This document shows, piece after piece, positions 28,601 through 37,322 of a stretch of DNA of 64,000 nucleotides; the stretch's first letter is position 1, and each line of letters starts with the position of its first letter. This DNA is from Myxococcota bacterium. GTDB lineage: Bacteria > Myxococcota_A > UBA796 > SXON01. The stretch covers positions 1-64,000 of the forward strand of contig JAZKFH010000043.1 of assembly GCA_040386535.1 (NCBI GenBank). The letters run 5' to 3'. The notes under the pieces are model-generated. The model searched no databases and was not told the origin of the DNA. It saw only the letters and a program-made list of their open reading frames with translations. The position numbers were made by a program, and so were the translations under genes.

Positions 28601-30613
28601 GTGCTTCTCCTCCTCCTGGCATGCGCGGGCGGCCCCGACGGGGAGTCCGACACGGATCCCGCCGATCCCGTCGACAGCGGCGCGGACCCCGACACCGGCC
28701 CCACCGCGCCCTACGCGGTCACCGTGGCGGTCACGCTCGACGGTGTGCCCGTGGCCGACGCGATCGTGAAGCAGGGCGGCGGGGTCGGCGAGTGGCGAAC
28801 GGGTGCCGACGGAACGGTCACCGTCACCGTCGATCCGTCGGTCGTGGGCGACCAGGTGGTCGTGGCCGCCCACCCCGAGGCCCGCATCGTCGGCACCGAG
28901 GTCGTCGGGCCGGGCAGCGTCGCCATCGCGCTCGTCCGCTACGACCCGACCGACAACCCCGACTACGTGTTCGCGGACCCGGGGCCCGAATCGCACGAGG
29001 GGACCAACACCTCCCAGTGCAGCCACTGTCACCTCACCATCCACCACGATTGGTACGCCTCGCCGCACCGGAGCGCCGCCTCCAATCCCGTCCTGCACGA
29101 TCTGTACGCAGGCACCGCCGTCGCGTTCGACGCCGCCGCCTGCGCGGCCAACGGGGGCACCTGGGGGCCCGCCACCCAGCCCGGCACCGCCGATTTGGTC
29201 GAGCGCTGTCACCTCGGCGCCTCCGTGGCAACGGCCACAGAGAGCACCGGCGCCTGCGCCGACTGCCACGCGCCCGGCATCGACGGCACGCTCGGCGGCC
29301 GCGATCTGCTCGAAGCCACCGGCCCCGCGTTCGACGGCGGCGTGCATTGTGACGTGTGCCACCACGTGGCCGACATCGATCTCGACGCGCCCCCGGGCGT
29401 GGCCGGCCGCCTGCGCATCGTGCGCCCCAGCGAACCCGCGCCCTCGCCGATCCTCGGCACCTGGGCCCCGCTCACCTTCGGCCCCCTCATCGACGTGGTC
29501 AACCCGCGCATGGGCTCCGTGTACACCCCGCTGTTCCACGAGGCGCGGCTGTGCGCGGGCTGCCACGAGCAGCAGCAGGACGTATTGGTCGCGGGCGCCG
29601 CCGCCGATATGTCCCGATGGCCCGACGGCCGGCTCCCCATCCACACGACCTACACCGAGTGGGAGGCGAGCCCGATGAACCCGTCGGCGCCCTGCCAATC
29701 CTGCCACATGCCACCCATGCCCGGCGTCGGCAACGCGGCCGACCTGCACAACGAGTTCGAGGACGTGATGATCGGCAGCATCGCGGCGGGATGGGAGCGG
29801 CCCCCCGGCGCGGTGCGCGCGCACACGTGGTACGGCCCGCGCCAACCCGAGAGCGGCATGTTGGGCCTCGCGGCGGGGGTCGGCGTGGTCACGACGCTGA
29901 CCGAAGGCACGCTCACCGCCAGCGTGACCGTCACCAACGTCGGCCCCGGGCACGCGATCCCCACCGGCGAGCCGCTCCGCGTCTTGCTCCTGCTCGTCAC
30001 TGCCACATGTGACGGCGCCCCGCTCCCCGCCACCGGCGGCGACGTGGTGCCCGACTTCGGCGGCGCGCTCGACACCCGGGCGGCCGGCGAGGACTGGGAG
30101 GTGTGGCCCGGCGCGGCGGTGGGCGATGTCCTCCGGGTGGTGCGCCGCACCGGCGCGTGGCACGACTACACGGGCTACGGCCCCTTTGGCGACGGGCGCT
30201 TCTCCGCAGAGGCCAAGGGCCTGCCCGTCGAGACGTATGTCGGCGAGTCCAGGGTCGTGGCGGTCGACGGCGACCGTGTCACGTTGGACGCCCCGCTTCC
30301 GGCGGGCGATCTCGCGGTGCGCACCGCCGGGCAGGCCTACGCGGGCGCGCCCGGCTTCGGCTTTGCGCGGGTGCTCGTGGGCGCGGACGGCGAGCGCATG
30401 GTCCCCCACTTTCTCGCGATCGACGTCGCGAGCGACAACCGCCTGCTCCCCGGGGAGGGGTGGACCTCGACCCACACTTTTGCCGCTTCCTGCGCGGATC
30501 CCAGCGTGCGTGCCACGCTGCTGCACCGCGACTATCCGCTCGCGCTCGCGACCGCGCGCGGGTGGGACGTGACCGACCAGGTGATGGCCGAGACCGTCGA
30601 GGCGGCGCGATGA
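28601..30613 (+). CDS. Multiheme c-type cytochrome lipoprotein (5 CxxCH)
   Basis: (M)LLLLLAC lipobox; CSHCH, CADCH, CDVCH, CAGCH, CQSCH; GHAIPTG C-terminal beta domain. Confidence 0.88.
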   Translation: MLLLLLACAGGPDGESDTDPADPVDSGADPDTGPTAPYAVTVAVTLDGVPVADAIVKQGGGVGEWRTGADGTVTVTVDPSVVGDQVVVAAHPEARIVGTEVVGPGSVAIALVRYDPTDNPDYVFADPGPESHEGTNTSQCSHCHLTIHHDWYASPHRSAASNPVLHDLYAGTAVAFDAAACAANGGTWGPATQPGTADLVERCHLGASVATATESTGACADCHAPGIDGTLGGRDLLEATGPAFDGGVHCDVCHHVADIDLDAPPGVAGRLRIVRPSEPAPSPILGTWAPLTFGPLIDVVNPRMGSVYTPLFHEARLCAGCHEQQQDVLVAGAAADMSRWPDGRLPIHTTYTEWEASPMNPSAPCQSCHMPPMPGVGNAADLHNEFEDVMIGSIAAGWERPPGAVRAHTWYGPRQPESGMLGLAAGVGVVTTLTEGTLTASVTVTNVGPGHAIPTGEPLRVLLLLVTATCDGAPLPATGGDVVPDFGGALDTRAAGEDWEVWPGAAVGDVLRVVRRTGAWHDYTGYGPFGDGRFSAEAKGLPVETYVGESRVVAVDGDRVTLDAPLPAGDLAVRTAGQAYAGAPGFGFARVLVGADGERMVPHFLAIDVASDNRLLPGEGWTSTHTFAASCADPSVRATLLHRDYPLALATARGWDVTDQVMAETVEAAR

Positions 30614-31968
30614 TCGCGCTGCTCGTCGGGTGCGCGGCGCCGCCCGTCGTTGACACAGGGGAGGTGGATCTCCCTGCGGTCATCGAGGCGCCGCTCCTCA
30701 CCTCTCCCGCCGAGGCCGTCGACGGCGATCCAACGTCTGGCGCGTTCCTCACCGAGCTGCGCGCCGCCCCGGCCGTGCTCTCCATCGACGGCGCCGCGGT
30801 CGACGGCTACGCCTACAACACCCAGGTGCCCGGCCCCACGCTCCGGGTGGCGGTGGGTGACACGGTCACCACCCTCCTCCAGAACGATTTGGGTGACCCG
30901 ACCACCGTGCATTGGCACGGAATGACGGTGCCCGAAGCGATGGACGGCGCCGGGTGGGTCGACGGGGGCGTGGCCGCCGGCACCGCGTTCACCTACACGT
31001 TCACCGCCACGGCCCCGGGCACGTTCTGGTACCACCCCCACCTCGACGTGGGCGCGCAGGTCGACGGGGGGCTCTACGGCGTCGTGGTGGTCGAGGATCC
31101 CGGCGCGCCCGCCGCGGACCGGGAGCTCGTGCTCGTGTTCGACGCCTGGGGCGAACACGACGACGGCGCGCCCGATCTGGAAGGCGGCACCGACGACCAC
31201 CACGACCTGACCGACCCCGCGCGCACCCGCTGGACGGTCAACGGCCTCGTCGCCCCCCGCTTCGTCGCCGCCGGCGGCGAGCGCATCCGCGTACGGACGC
31301 TCAACGCGTCGAACACCGCCTACCTCGCCCTCGCGTGGCCCGGCCTGCGCCAGATCGGCGGCGACCAGGGGCTCTGGGGCGCGCCCGAGGCCCCTGACAT
31401 GGCCGTGCTCGCCCCGGGCGACCGGGCCGAATTCGAGTGGGACATCGGCCCGGACGGCTTCGACGTGACCACCCTGCCGTGGGTGGCGGCGGGAGGTCAG
31501 GCGTTGGGAGATCCGCGGACGCTGCTCACGGTCGAGGTCGACACACCCGTCCCCGCGCCGACGGCGATCGATTGGCCCGCCGGTGACACGTCCGTGTCGG
31601 CCGACCCCTCCCACACCGATCTGGTCTACGTCTTCCAGGGCGGCGGCGACGGCGACTGGTTGATCAACGGCGAGGCGTGGCCCGATGTGACAACGCACGT
31701 CGCAGGTTTGGGCGCGGACGCGATCATCGAGGTGCGCAACCTCTCTGCCACCAATCACCCGTTCCACCTGCACGGCCAACACTTCGAGGTGCTCTCGATC
31801 GACGGCGTGCCGCTGCCGGCGCGCCGCGTCGAGGACACCGTCGACATCGGCATCCGCCAGCGCGTACGCCTCCTGCTCCGGGCGGAGAACCCGGGCGATT
31901 GGCTCCTGCACTGCCACCTCCTCGGGCACGAGGAGGGGGGGATGATGACGGTTCTGCGGGTGGAGTAG
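30610..31968 (+). CDS. Multicopper oxidase (laccase-like) lipoprotein
   Basis: HWHG, WYHPH, HPFHLHG, HCHLLGHEEGGM copper motifs; MIALLVGC; ATGA overlap with cytochrome gene. Confidence 0.95.
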   Translation: MIALLVGCAAPPVVDTGEVDLPAVIEAPLLTSPAEAVDGDPTSGAFLTELRAAPAVLSIDGAAVDGYAYNTQVPGPTLRVAVGDTVTTLLQNDLGDPTTVHWHGMTVPEAMDGAGWVDGGVAAGTAFTYTFTATAPGTFWYHPHLDVGAQVDGGLYGVVVVEDPGAPAADRELVLVFDAWGEHDDGAPDLEGGTDDHHDLTDPARTRWTVNGLVAPRFVAAGGERIRVRTLNASNTAYLALAWPGLRQIGGDQGLWGAPEAPDMAVLAPGDRAEFEWDIGPDGFDVTTLPWVAAGGQALGDPRTLLTVEVDTPVPAPTAIDWPAGDTSVSADPSHTDLVYVFQGGGDGDWLINGEAWPDVTTHVAGLGADAIIEVRNLSATNHPFHLHGQHFEVLSIDGVPLPARRVEDTVDIGIRQRVRLLLRAENPGDWLLHCHLLGHEEGGMMTVLRVE

Positions 31969-31979
31969 CCGTCCGCCGG

Positions 31980-32004
31980 AAGCGTTCACAAGTTGTGAAC
32001 GCTT
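31980..32004. promoter_or_regulatory. Perfect AT-rich 25-bp palindrome, candidate operator
   Basis: AAGCGTTCACAA-G-TTGTGAACGCTT between the oxidase stop and the protease start. Confidence 0.55.
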
Positions 32005-32067
32005 TCCATCGTGGCGAAGGACCGGCCGGGGATGCGGTCGCATAGCGGAGTCGTGGGAGTCACGACG

Positions 32068-33054
32068 ATGGACGAACAGTGGATGCGGGACCAGCTGGCT
32101 CGCCCAGACGTGATCGGCGTCTTCTGGGGGCCGCCCGTGGGCCGGCCGCTGGACCCTCCGGGTTGGATCATCCGGCACACCCCGAGCGCGGGCGGCGGGT
32201 GGAGCGGAGGTTTCAACAAGGGACTGAACACCGGGTTGGACAACTACGGTCTCGATCCCGCGCGCGACGACAAGAACGGGGGCCGCCCGTCGTGGTGGCC
32301 CGCGGGCAACGTCACCGTCGAGGTGGGCGGGGCCATCGAGCTCCACACCTTCGCGGCGGGGACGCGGTGCGAGCCTCCCCTGGTGGGGGGCGGCTTCGAC
32401 ACCCGGGCCGCCGGCACGGTGACGGCGATGGTCGAGGCCGATGCGAAGGGGCCGGCGCTGGCGCTGCTCGCCGGTCACGCGGCGACGCCCCGCGACAACG
32501 GCGTGCTGGACCTTAGTTTTCGCCGCACGGCGGCCAATACGGGCATGCGGGTCCGGATCACCGAGCCCGCCGCCGTCGAGGCCGACCTCCTCCTGGCCGA
32601 GCTGGGCGGTGCCGTCGACGCGGCCCTGGCCCGGCTCGCGACGGACGAGATCGACGCCCGCCACCCCGCGACCGGCCACCGGCCGCCGTACACGACCGTC
32701 GCGGCGGCGGCGGCCGGGACGGACGTCCACCACCACTCGCGCATGGCGGGAGGAACGGTGCGCGGGCGCATCCGGGCGGGCCCGGGCCCGGGCCATCTGT
32801 CGGGGATCAACATCCTCATCAACGGCGAGCGCCTCGTCTACGAGGGCGTCTGGGTCATCGAACCGACGGAAGCGGACCGCTTCAGCCAACCGGGTGACTC
32901 GGGCTCCCTGGTGTTCGTGGGTGACGACGCGCTCGGGATGATCGTCGGGGGAGACCCCCTCCACGCGAACGGCGGCACCTGCAGCTACGTCCTCGGGGTG
33001 CGCGCGCTGGCTCCCCTTCTTCGTCTGCCCATCTACCAACGTTTCTTCACCTGA
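32068..33054 (+). CDS. Cytoplasmic trypsin-like (Nal1-type) serine protease
   Basis: GTV...LLAGHA (His), EADLLL (Asp), FSQPGDSGSLV (Ser); no signal peptide; start could be 32011-32068. Confidence 0.7.
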   Translation: MDEQWMRDQLARPDVIGVFWGPPVGRPLDPPGWIIRHTPSAGGGWSGGFNKGLNTGLDNYGLDPARDDKNGGRPSWWPAGNVTVEVGGAIELHTFAAGTRCEPPLVGGGFDTRAAGTVTAMVEADAKGPALALLAGHAATPRDNGVLDLSFRRTAANTGMRVRITEPAAVEADLLLAELGGAVDAALARLATDEIDARHPATGHRPPYTTVAAAAAGTDVHHHSRMAGGTVRGRIRAGPGPGHLSGINILINGERLVYEGVWVIEPTEADRFSQPGDSGSLVFVGDDALGMIVGGDPLHANGGTCSYVLGVRALAPLLRLPIYQRFFT

Positions 33055-33062
33055 GGTGTGAC

Positions 33063-34664
33063 ATGAATCTGCTCCTGCTGCTCTCCCTGTCGATCCCGGA
33101 CGCGCGCGCCGCGGATCCCGTGGACGTGTCTTCTGCCAAGCTCGCAGGGAAACGGCCGTTCGATCTCTCCGCGGTGAAAACCGTGAAGGTCGGGAAGGAG
33201 ACGTGTACGGTCAAGCCGGCCGCCACACCCGCGGACAACACCCTTCCCGATTGCAAAGCGCTCTACGGGGCGTTGGCGAGCGGCACGACCGTCAGCGTCA
33301 TCCCCGTGGATTCGACCGATGCGGAGAAGGCCCCGATCTCGCTCCGGTGGGCCACGCGAACGGGGGCCCAGGGCGGCACCGCGGCCTCGATCAACACGAA
33401 CAGGGTGGTCGAGTTCGGAACCGACGCCGGGCCCGGTGGGGCCGCGCTGATCGCCATCCCCGGCGAGGGCTTCTACCCGCTCACCAAGTCGGACGGCGCC
33501 TACAGTGTGGATGCGGCGACGCAGGCGCTGATCAACACGCGCGCCGCGGCGTGCGACACCAACAAATCGACGGATTGCACGCTGACGTTGCGCGCCCATG
33601 CGGACGCGGCCGAGATGGGCGAGTGGACGATCCGAGTCGGAACGACAGCCGAGGAACTCGAGGCGAAGGCGGCGGCCAAGGAGGCAGCCAAGGAGGCGGC
33701 GGCGGCAGCGGCCACCGCGCGCGCGGTCGCGGCGAAAAAGGCGCGGGAGGAGGCGGAGAACACGTGCGAGAAGTTGGTCAAAGCCAACAAGACAGGCGCC
33801 GACCTGTTGTGTGTGGACGTCACGGGCGCCAGCATCCGGGAAAAGAGCAGCCTGGCCGACCGTCTCCTCTTCCCGAACCGCTCGCTCACGGTGGTGGTGC
33901 GGCACTACACCAAGGACACCATCGACGTGGCCGTGTCGGGGCTGCGTGGCACGACGGACCTCGGCTACGACGTGCCGTCGATGGGGACTGAAGGGGTGAA
34001 AGCCCAGGCCGGGAGCGACGAACAAGTTGCTCCCGACACGATCACGCTCACGGAGCTCAGCTTCGCGCCCCGCAAGCCGGGCACCAGCGTGGATGTCACG
34101 ATCTCGAAGAACGGAACGACCGTACGCACCTCCGAGCTAGAGGTGGTCGCCGCCTACATCGGCGCCGTACGCATCGGCATCGCGGGCGGCACGGCGGTCG
34201 AACAGACCTACGGCACCGCGATGGCGCCGGGAAGCGACCAATCCGAGATCGTGCTGACCAGCGGCGCAACCACGATGTTCCAACCCGAGCTGGTGGTCGG
34301 CTTCGCACCGTTCCTGTTCACGCCCCGGGGGCGGTCGTACGTCACCACGCGAAAGGCGATCGACCCGAAGTACCTCGCCCCCTTCGTCGGGCTCGGCGTC
34401 GCCACGCTCGATTCGACCTCCACCGTGAAGTTCTCGCTCCTCAAGAGTGTGTACTTCGGCGTGGAGTACGAGATGGGCCGCTACGCGTCCATCGGGGTCG
34501 CCGGCCAGCTTCGCCAGGTGTCACGCCTCACCAACCCGTACGTCGTGGGCGGCGCCATCGACGGCACCACCGTCCCCACCACCTTCGACTATTCGCCCGG
34601 GGTCGCCGTGTTCTTCAATGTCAGCCCCGACTTCTTCCGCGTCGTCCAACCGCTCGCCAAGTAG
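33063..34664 (+). CDS. Exported hypothetical protein with coiled-coil linker and beta-rich C-terminus
   Basis: Signal MNLLLLLSLSIPDARA, GAGG RBS, three apparent Cys pairs, EAKAAAKEAAKE helix, aromatic beta-strand-like C-terminus. Confidence 0.8.
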   Translation: MNLLLLLSLSIPDARAADPVDVSSAKLAGKRPFDLSAVKTVKVGKETCTVKPAATPADNTLPDCKALYGALASGTTVSVIPVDSTDAEKAPISLRWATRTGAQGGTAASINTNRVVEFGTDAGPGGAALIAIPGEGFYPLTKSDGAYSVDAATQALINTRAAACDTNKSTDCTLTLRAHADAAEMGEWTIRVGTTAEELEAKAAAKEAAKEAAAAAATARAVAAKKAREEAENTCEKLVKANKTGADLLCVDVTGASIREKSSLADRLLFPNRSLTVVVRHYTKDTIDVAVSGLRGTTDLGYDVPSMGTEGVKAQAGSDEQVAPDTITLTELSFAPRKPGTSVDVTISKNGTTVRTSELEVVAAYIGAVRIGIAGGTAVEQTYGTAMAPGSDQSEIVLTSGATTMFQPELVVGFAPFLFTPRGRSYVTTRKAIDPKYLAPFVGLGVATLDSTSTVKFSLLKSVYFGVEYEMGRYASIGVAGQLRQVSRLTNPYVVGGAIDGTTVPTTFDYSPGVAVFFNVSPDFFRVVQPLAK

Positions 34665-34673
34665 GAGGCATCC

Positions 34674-35663
34674 ATGTCCCGCGCCCCCCTGCTCTTCCTC
34701 CTCCTCGCCGCCTGTGAAACCCCGCTCGACACCTTGACGTGCGAGGGCACCCTCGACGTGAGCGTCTTTGCCGACGCCGACACGCCCATCGGGTCGGACG
34801 GCATCACGCTCACCGGCACCGCCAGCCACACTGCGGGGCTGGCCATCCGCTCGCTCCTCGTGGGCGGTGTCCCTGCCACCAACAGCGGCGGCAACTACCG
34901 CAACTGGACCGCGGCGCTCCCGCTCTCCCAACTCCGGGCGCTCGACGTCGACGGGGACGGCGCCCTGTTCGTGCCGGTCACCGCACGTGACAGCTGCGAC
35001 GTGATCTTCGACGAACCCGAGGCCACCCGCCTCACCCTCGACCCCCTGCCCGAAGTGGAGGTGTCCCGTCTCACCGTCACGGTGTCCATCCCCGCGGGGA
35101 CCACGTGGCTCCCGGCGGACGGCGTGACGCCCGCGGTCGTCACCCTCGGTGCCAACGCCGAGGCCGCCGGGGCCCTGGTCGACCTCGACGCCTCGTTCGG
35201 CACGCTCACCGGCGTTGACAACGGGGTCACCCTCGCCGGGAACGGCACTGCGGACGCGTCCGCGAGCGTGCTGTTCAGCGCCGCCGATGCGGGCACCGCC
35301 GTGCTCGTCGCCACCGCGGACGGGGTCGCCGCCACCGCGACCATCCTCGTGGTCGAGGCTCCGGCCCTGTCGCCCCCCGCCGCGACGCTCCTGGCGGGCG
35401 CGTCCATCCAGGTGGAGGTGTGGACGGAAGGCGCCGTCGAGACCTGCGGGGCGTCTGGCGCCGCTTCCGACAGCGTTGCGGTCACCAGCGCCGATGTGTC
35501 GCTCTACGGCGGCGGCGCGGTCACCGACACCGACGGCAACGGGAGTCCAGATTTCGCGGTGACCGTCTCGTCCGACGCCGCGGCGGGCGCCGCCGCGGAG
35601 CTGACCTGCTGCGACGTTTTCGGGCAATGCGCGTCGGGCACGTTCACGGTCGCGGGCGGATGA
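34674..35663 (+). CDS. Ig-like domain lipoprotein
   Basis: AGGAGG RBS, LLLAAC lipobox, Thr/Val/Ala-rich beta strands, LPADG Big-1-like motif. Confidence 0.8.
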   Translation: MSRAPLLFLLLAACETPLDTLTCEGTLDVSVFADADTPIGSDGITLTGTASHTAGLAIRSLLVGGVPATNSGGNYRNWTAALPLSQLRALDVDGDGALFVPVTARDSCDVIFDEPEATRLTLDPLPEVEVSRLTVTVSIPAGTTWLPADGVTPAVVTLGANAEAAGALVDLDASFGTLTGVDNGVTLAGNGTADASASVLFSAADAGTAVLVATADGVAATATILVVEAPALSPPAATLLAGASIQVEVWTEGAVETCGASGAASDSVAVTSADVSLYGGGAVTDTDGNGSPDFAVTVSSDAAAGAAAELTCCDVFGQCASGTFTVAGG

Positions 35664-35703
35664 CACGCCGCCGGGGGGCACTGTGCCCACCGGCCGGTCG
35701 GCC

Positions 35704-36126
35704 CTACTCCTGCGGCATCACGTGGTTCGTGTCCATCCAGAACACTTCCCAGTGGTGTCCGTCGAGGTCGTAGAAGCTCCCGCTGTACATGAAGCCCATG
35801 TCGGTGTTGGGCAACGCGGGCGTCCCACCGGACTCCAGCGCCGTGTTGACCATCTCGTCCACCTCTTCCCGACTGACACACGACAGCGCGAAGATGGCCT
35901 CGGTGGAGCCGGACGTGTCGCTGATCTGCTTCTTGGTGAAGTCCTTGAACCGGGCCTCCTCCAGCAGCATGACGTAGCCCTCGTCCGAGAGGATCATGCA
36001 GGTGGCGTGCTCGTCGGTGAACTGCGGGTTGAACGTGAAGCCGAGCTTCGTGAAGAAGTCGACCGAGCGCTTCAGGTTCTTGACGGGCAGGTTGACGAAG
36101 ATCTTGCGGGCGGACGTGGCGATCAT
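35704..36126 (-). CDS. VOC/glyoxalase family protein
   Basis: IFVNLPVKNL..S..FF..LGF, SREEVDEMV, MY...FYDLDGHHWE. Confidence 0.92.
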   Translation of the reverse strand: MIATSARKIFVNLPVKNLKRSVDFFTKLGFTFNPQFTDEHATCMILSDEGYVMLLEEARFKDFTKKQISDTSGSTEAIFALSCVSREEVDEMVNTALESGGTPALPNTDMGFMYSGSFYDLDGHHWEVFWMDTNHVMPQE

Positions 36127-36155
36127 GAGAGGCTCCGGGGGTGAGGGGTCGAAGT

Positions 36156-36185
36156 GTAGACGGGGGGCGCGGGGGGAACTCATCG
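36156..36185 (-). promoter_or_regulatory. Candidate ECF sigma-factor promoter of the VOC gene
   Basis: Minus strand CGATGAGTT-N14-CGTCTAC; CGTC is a common ECF -10 element; assignment is inference. Confidence 0.35.
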
Positions 36186-36226
36186 GTCGCGGGACAAAAT
36201 AGCCTGGGCGACCGGCGTGGGCCGCG

Positions 36227-37144
36227 GTGCCCGGCGCCCGAGGCTCCCTCCGATCGTCAAAAACAACGCGGCGCCGCCGCGGCCCTGGGGCGGTTGCGCG
36301 GGGGAAGCCCGGGGGAAGCCCACCCGAATGGGAGTTGCTCCGACCCAAGCGGCGCCGGATGGGAACGTGGTGCGCGGGCTCAGACGGAATGCGCACCACC
36401 CCGACGGTGGAACGCCCGCTTTTCACGAACACGGACCCACGCCGCCCGCGGAACAGCCCTCGAGTTCCAGTCGGATTCCTGTTCGGTGCCGCTTGCCTCC
36501 CTTCCGTTCCTGTTGGGGCCTGCTTGACCCCGAGCTCGGGGCACGCACGGAGGGTCCGCGTGGCTCCAGCGGGGATCGTGTCGAAGCTCGAAGAGGTCGA
36601 GGACCGCCCGGCGTTCTTGCGCGAGATGCCCTCGCGGCTGACTGTTCTCACCACCGGGCCTCGACACCCCGGATGTGCAGTCGGCGCCTTTCCGACGGGC
36701 CCGCGGACCGGGGGCGTGGATCTCCGGCTCAACACGGGTGCCGAGGAATCTCCCATGCAGGAGCTGGGTCGCGACCTGGTCAACCTACACGGCGCGCACT
36801 ACGCGATCCTGGCGCGTTCCACGGGGGTGGGCGAGATCGAGCGTCTCCTGAGGATCCCCGCTGGAACGTGGTCGAGGAACCTGGATGTCTCCGTGCCCGG
36901 AGCGCTCGGAGACCTCAACTTCTGGAGCGAGCGGGCCGTGCGGTCGATGGGGATTGGCGACGCGCTGTGGGCGCTGCTCAGGGAAGCGGGGATTCGTTGC
37001 ACGCTGATGGAAGGCGGGGGAATGGAGGTCGACCTGAGTGACACTTTGCTCTCGCCACGGAACCCTGACGACGTCAGGCGCGTCGCACTGCTGCTCGGTT
37101 CCATCCCGCGGCTCGGCTGGCGAGGACCCGGAGCAGCCCGGTGA
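36227..37144 (+). CDS. Hypothetical protein (true start uncertain, probably downstream)
   Basis: 305-aa ORF whose 3' two-thirds look protein-like; no motif recognised. Confidence 0.45.
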   Translation: MPGARGSLRSSKTTRRRRGPGAVARGKPGGSPPEWELLRPKRRRMGTWCAGSDGMRTTPTVERPLFTNTDPRRPRNSPRVPVGFLFGAACLPSVPVGACLTPSSGHARRVRVAPAGIVSKLEEVEDRPAFLREMPSRLTVLTTGPRHPGCAVGAFPTGPRTGGVDLRLNTGAEESPMQELGRDLVNLHGAHYAILARSTGVGEIERLLRIPAGTWSRNLDVSVPGALGDLNFWSERAVRSMGIGDALWALLREAGIRCTLMEGGGMEVDLSDTLLSPRNPDDVRRVALLLGSIPRLGWRGPGAAR

Positions 37145-37150
37145 TCCCCC

Positions 37151-37281
37151 CGCCCAGGCGCCCAGAGGGCGCGCCGCCGCTCGGGGCGGCGCGGTCCGGC
37201 CCCGCGCTCGGGCGGGGCCGACCGAGCGGCCTAGCCGCGAGCCCGGCGGGCACCGGCGCCGCCCCTGGCGGCGGGGCGCCC
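37151..37281 (-). repeat. Dispersed structured intergenic element, copy 7
   Basis: Reverse complement GGGCGCC-hairpin-...GGGCTCGCGGCTAGGCCGCTCGGTC-hairpin-G-GACC-hairpin-CCCTCTGGGCGCCTGGGCG; 41 nt after aspS stop. Confidence 0.85.
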
Positions 37282-37322
37282 CGCTCCTACCACGCCGCTC
37301 CTAAAACACCGTGCCTACCAAC

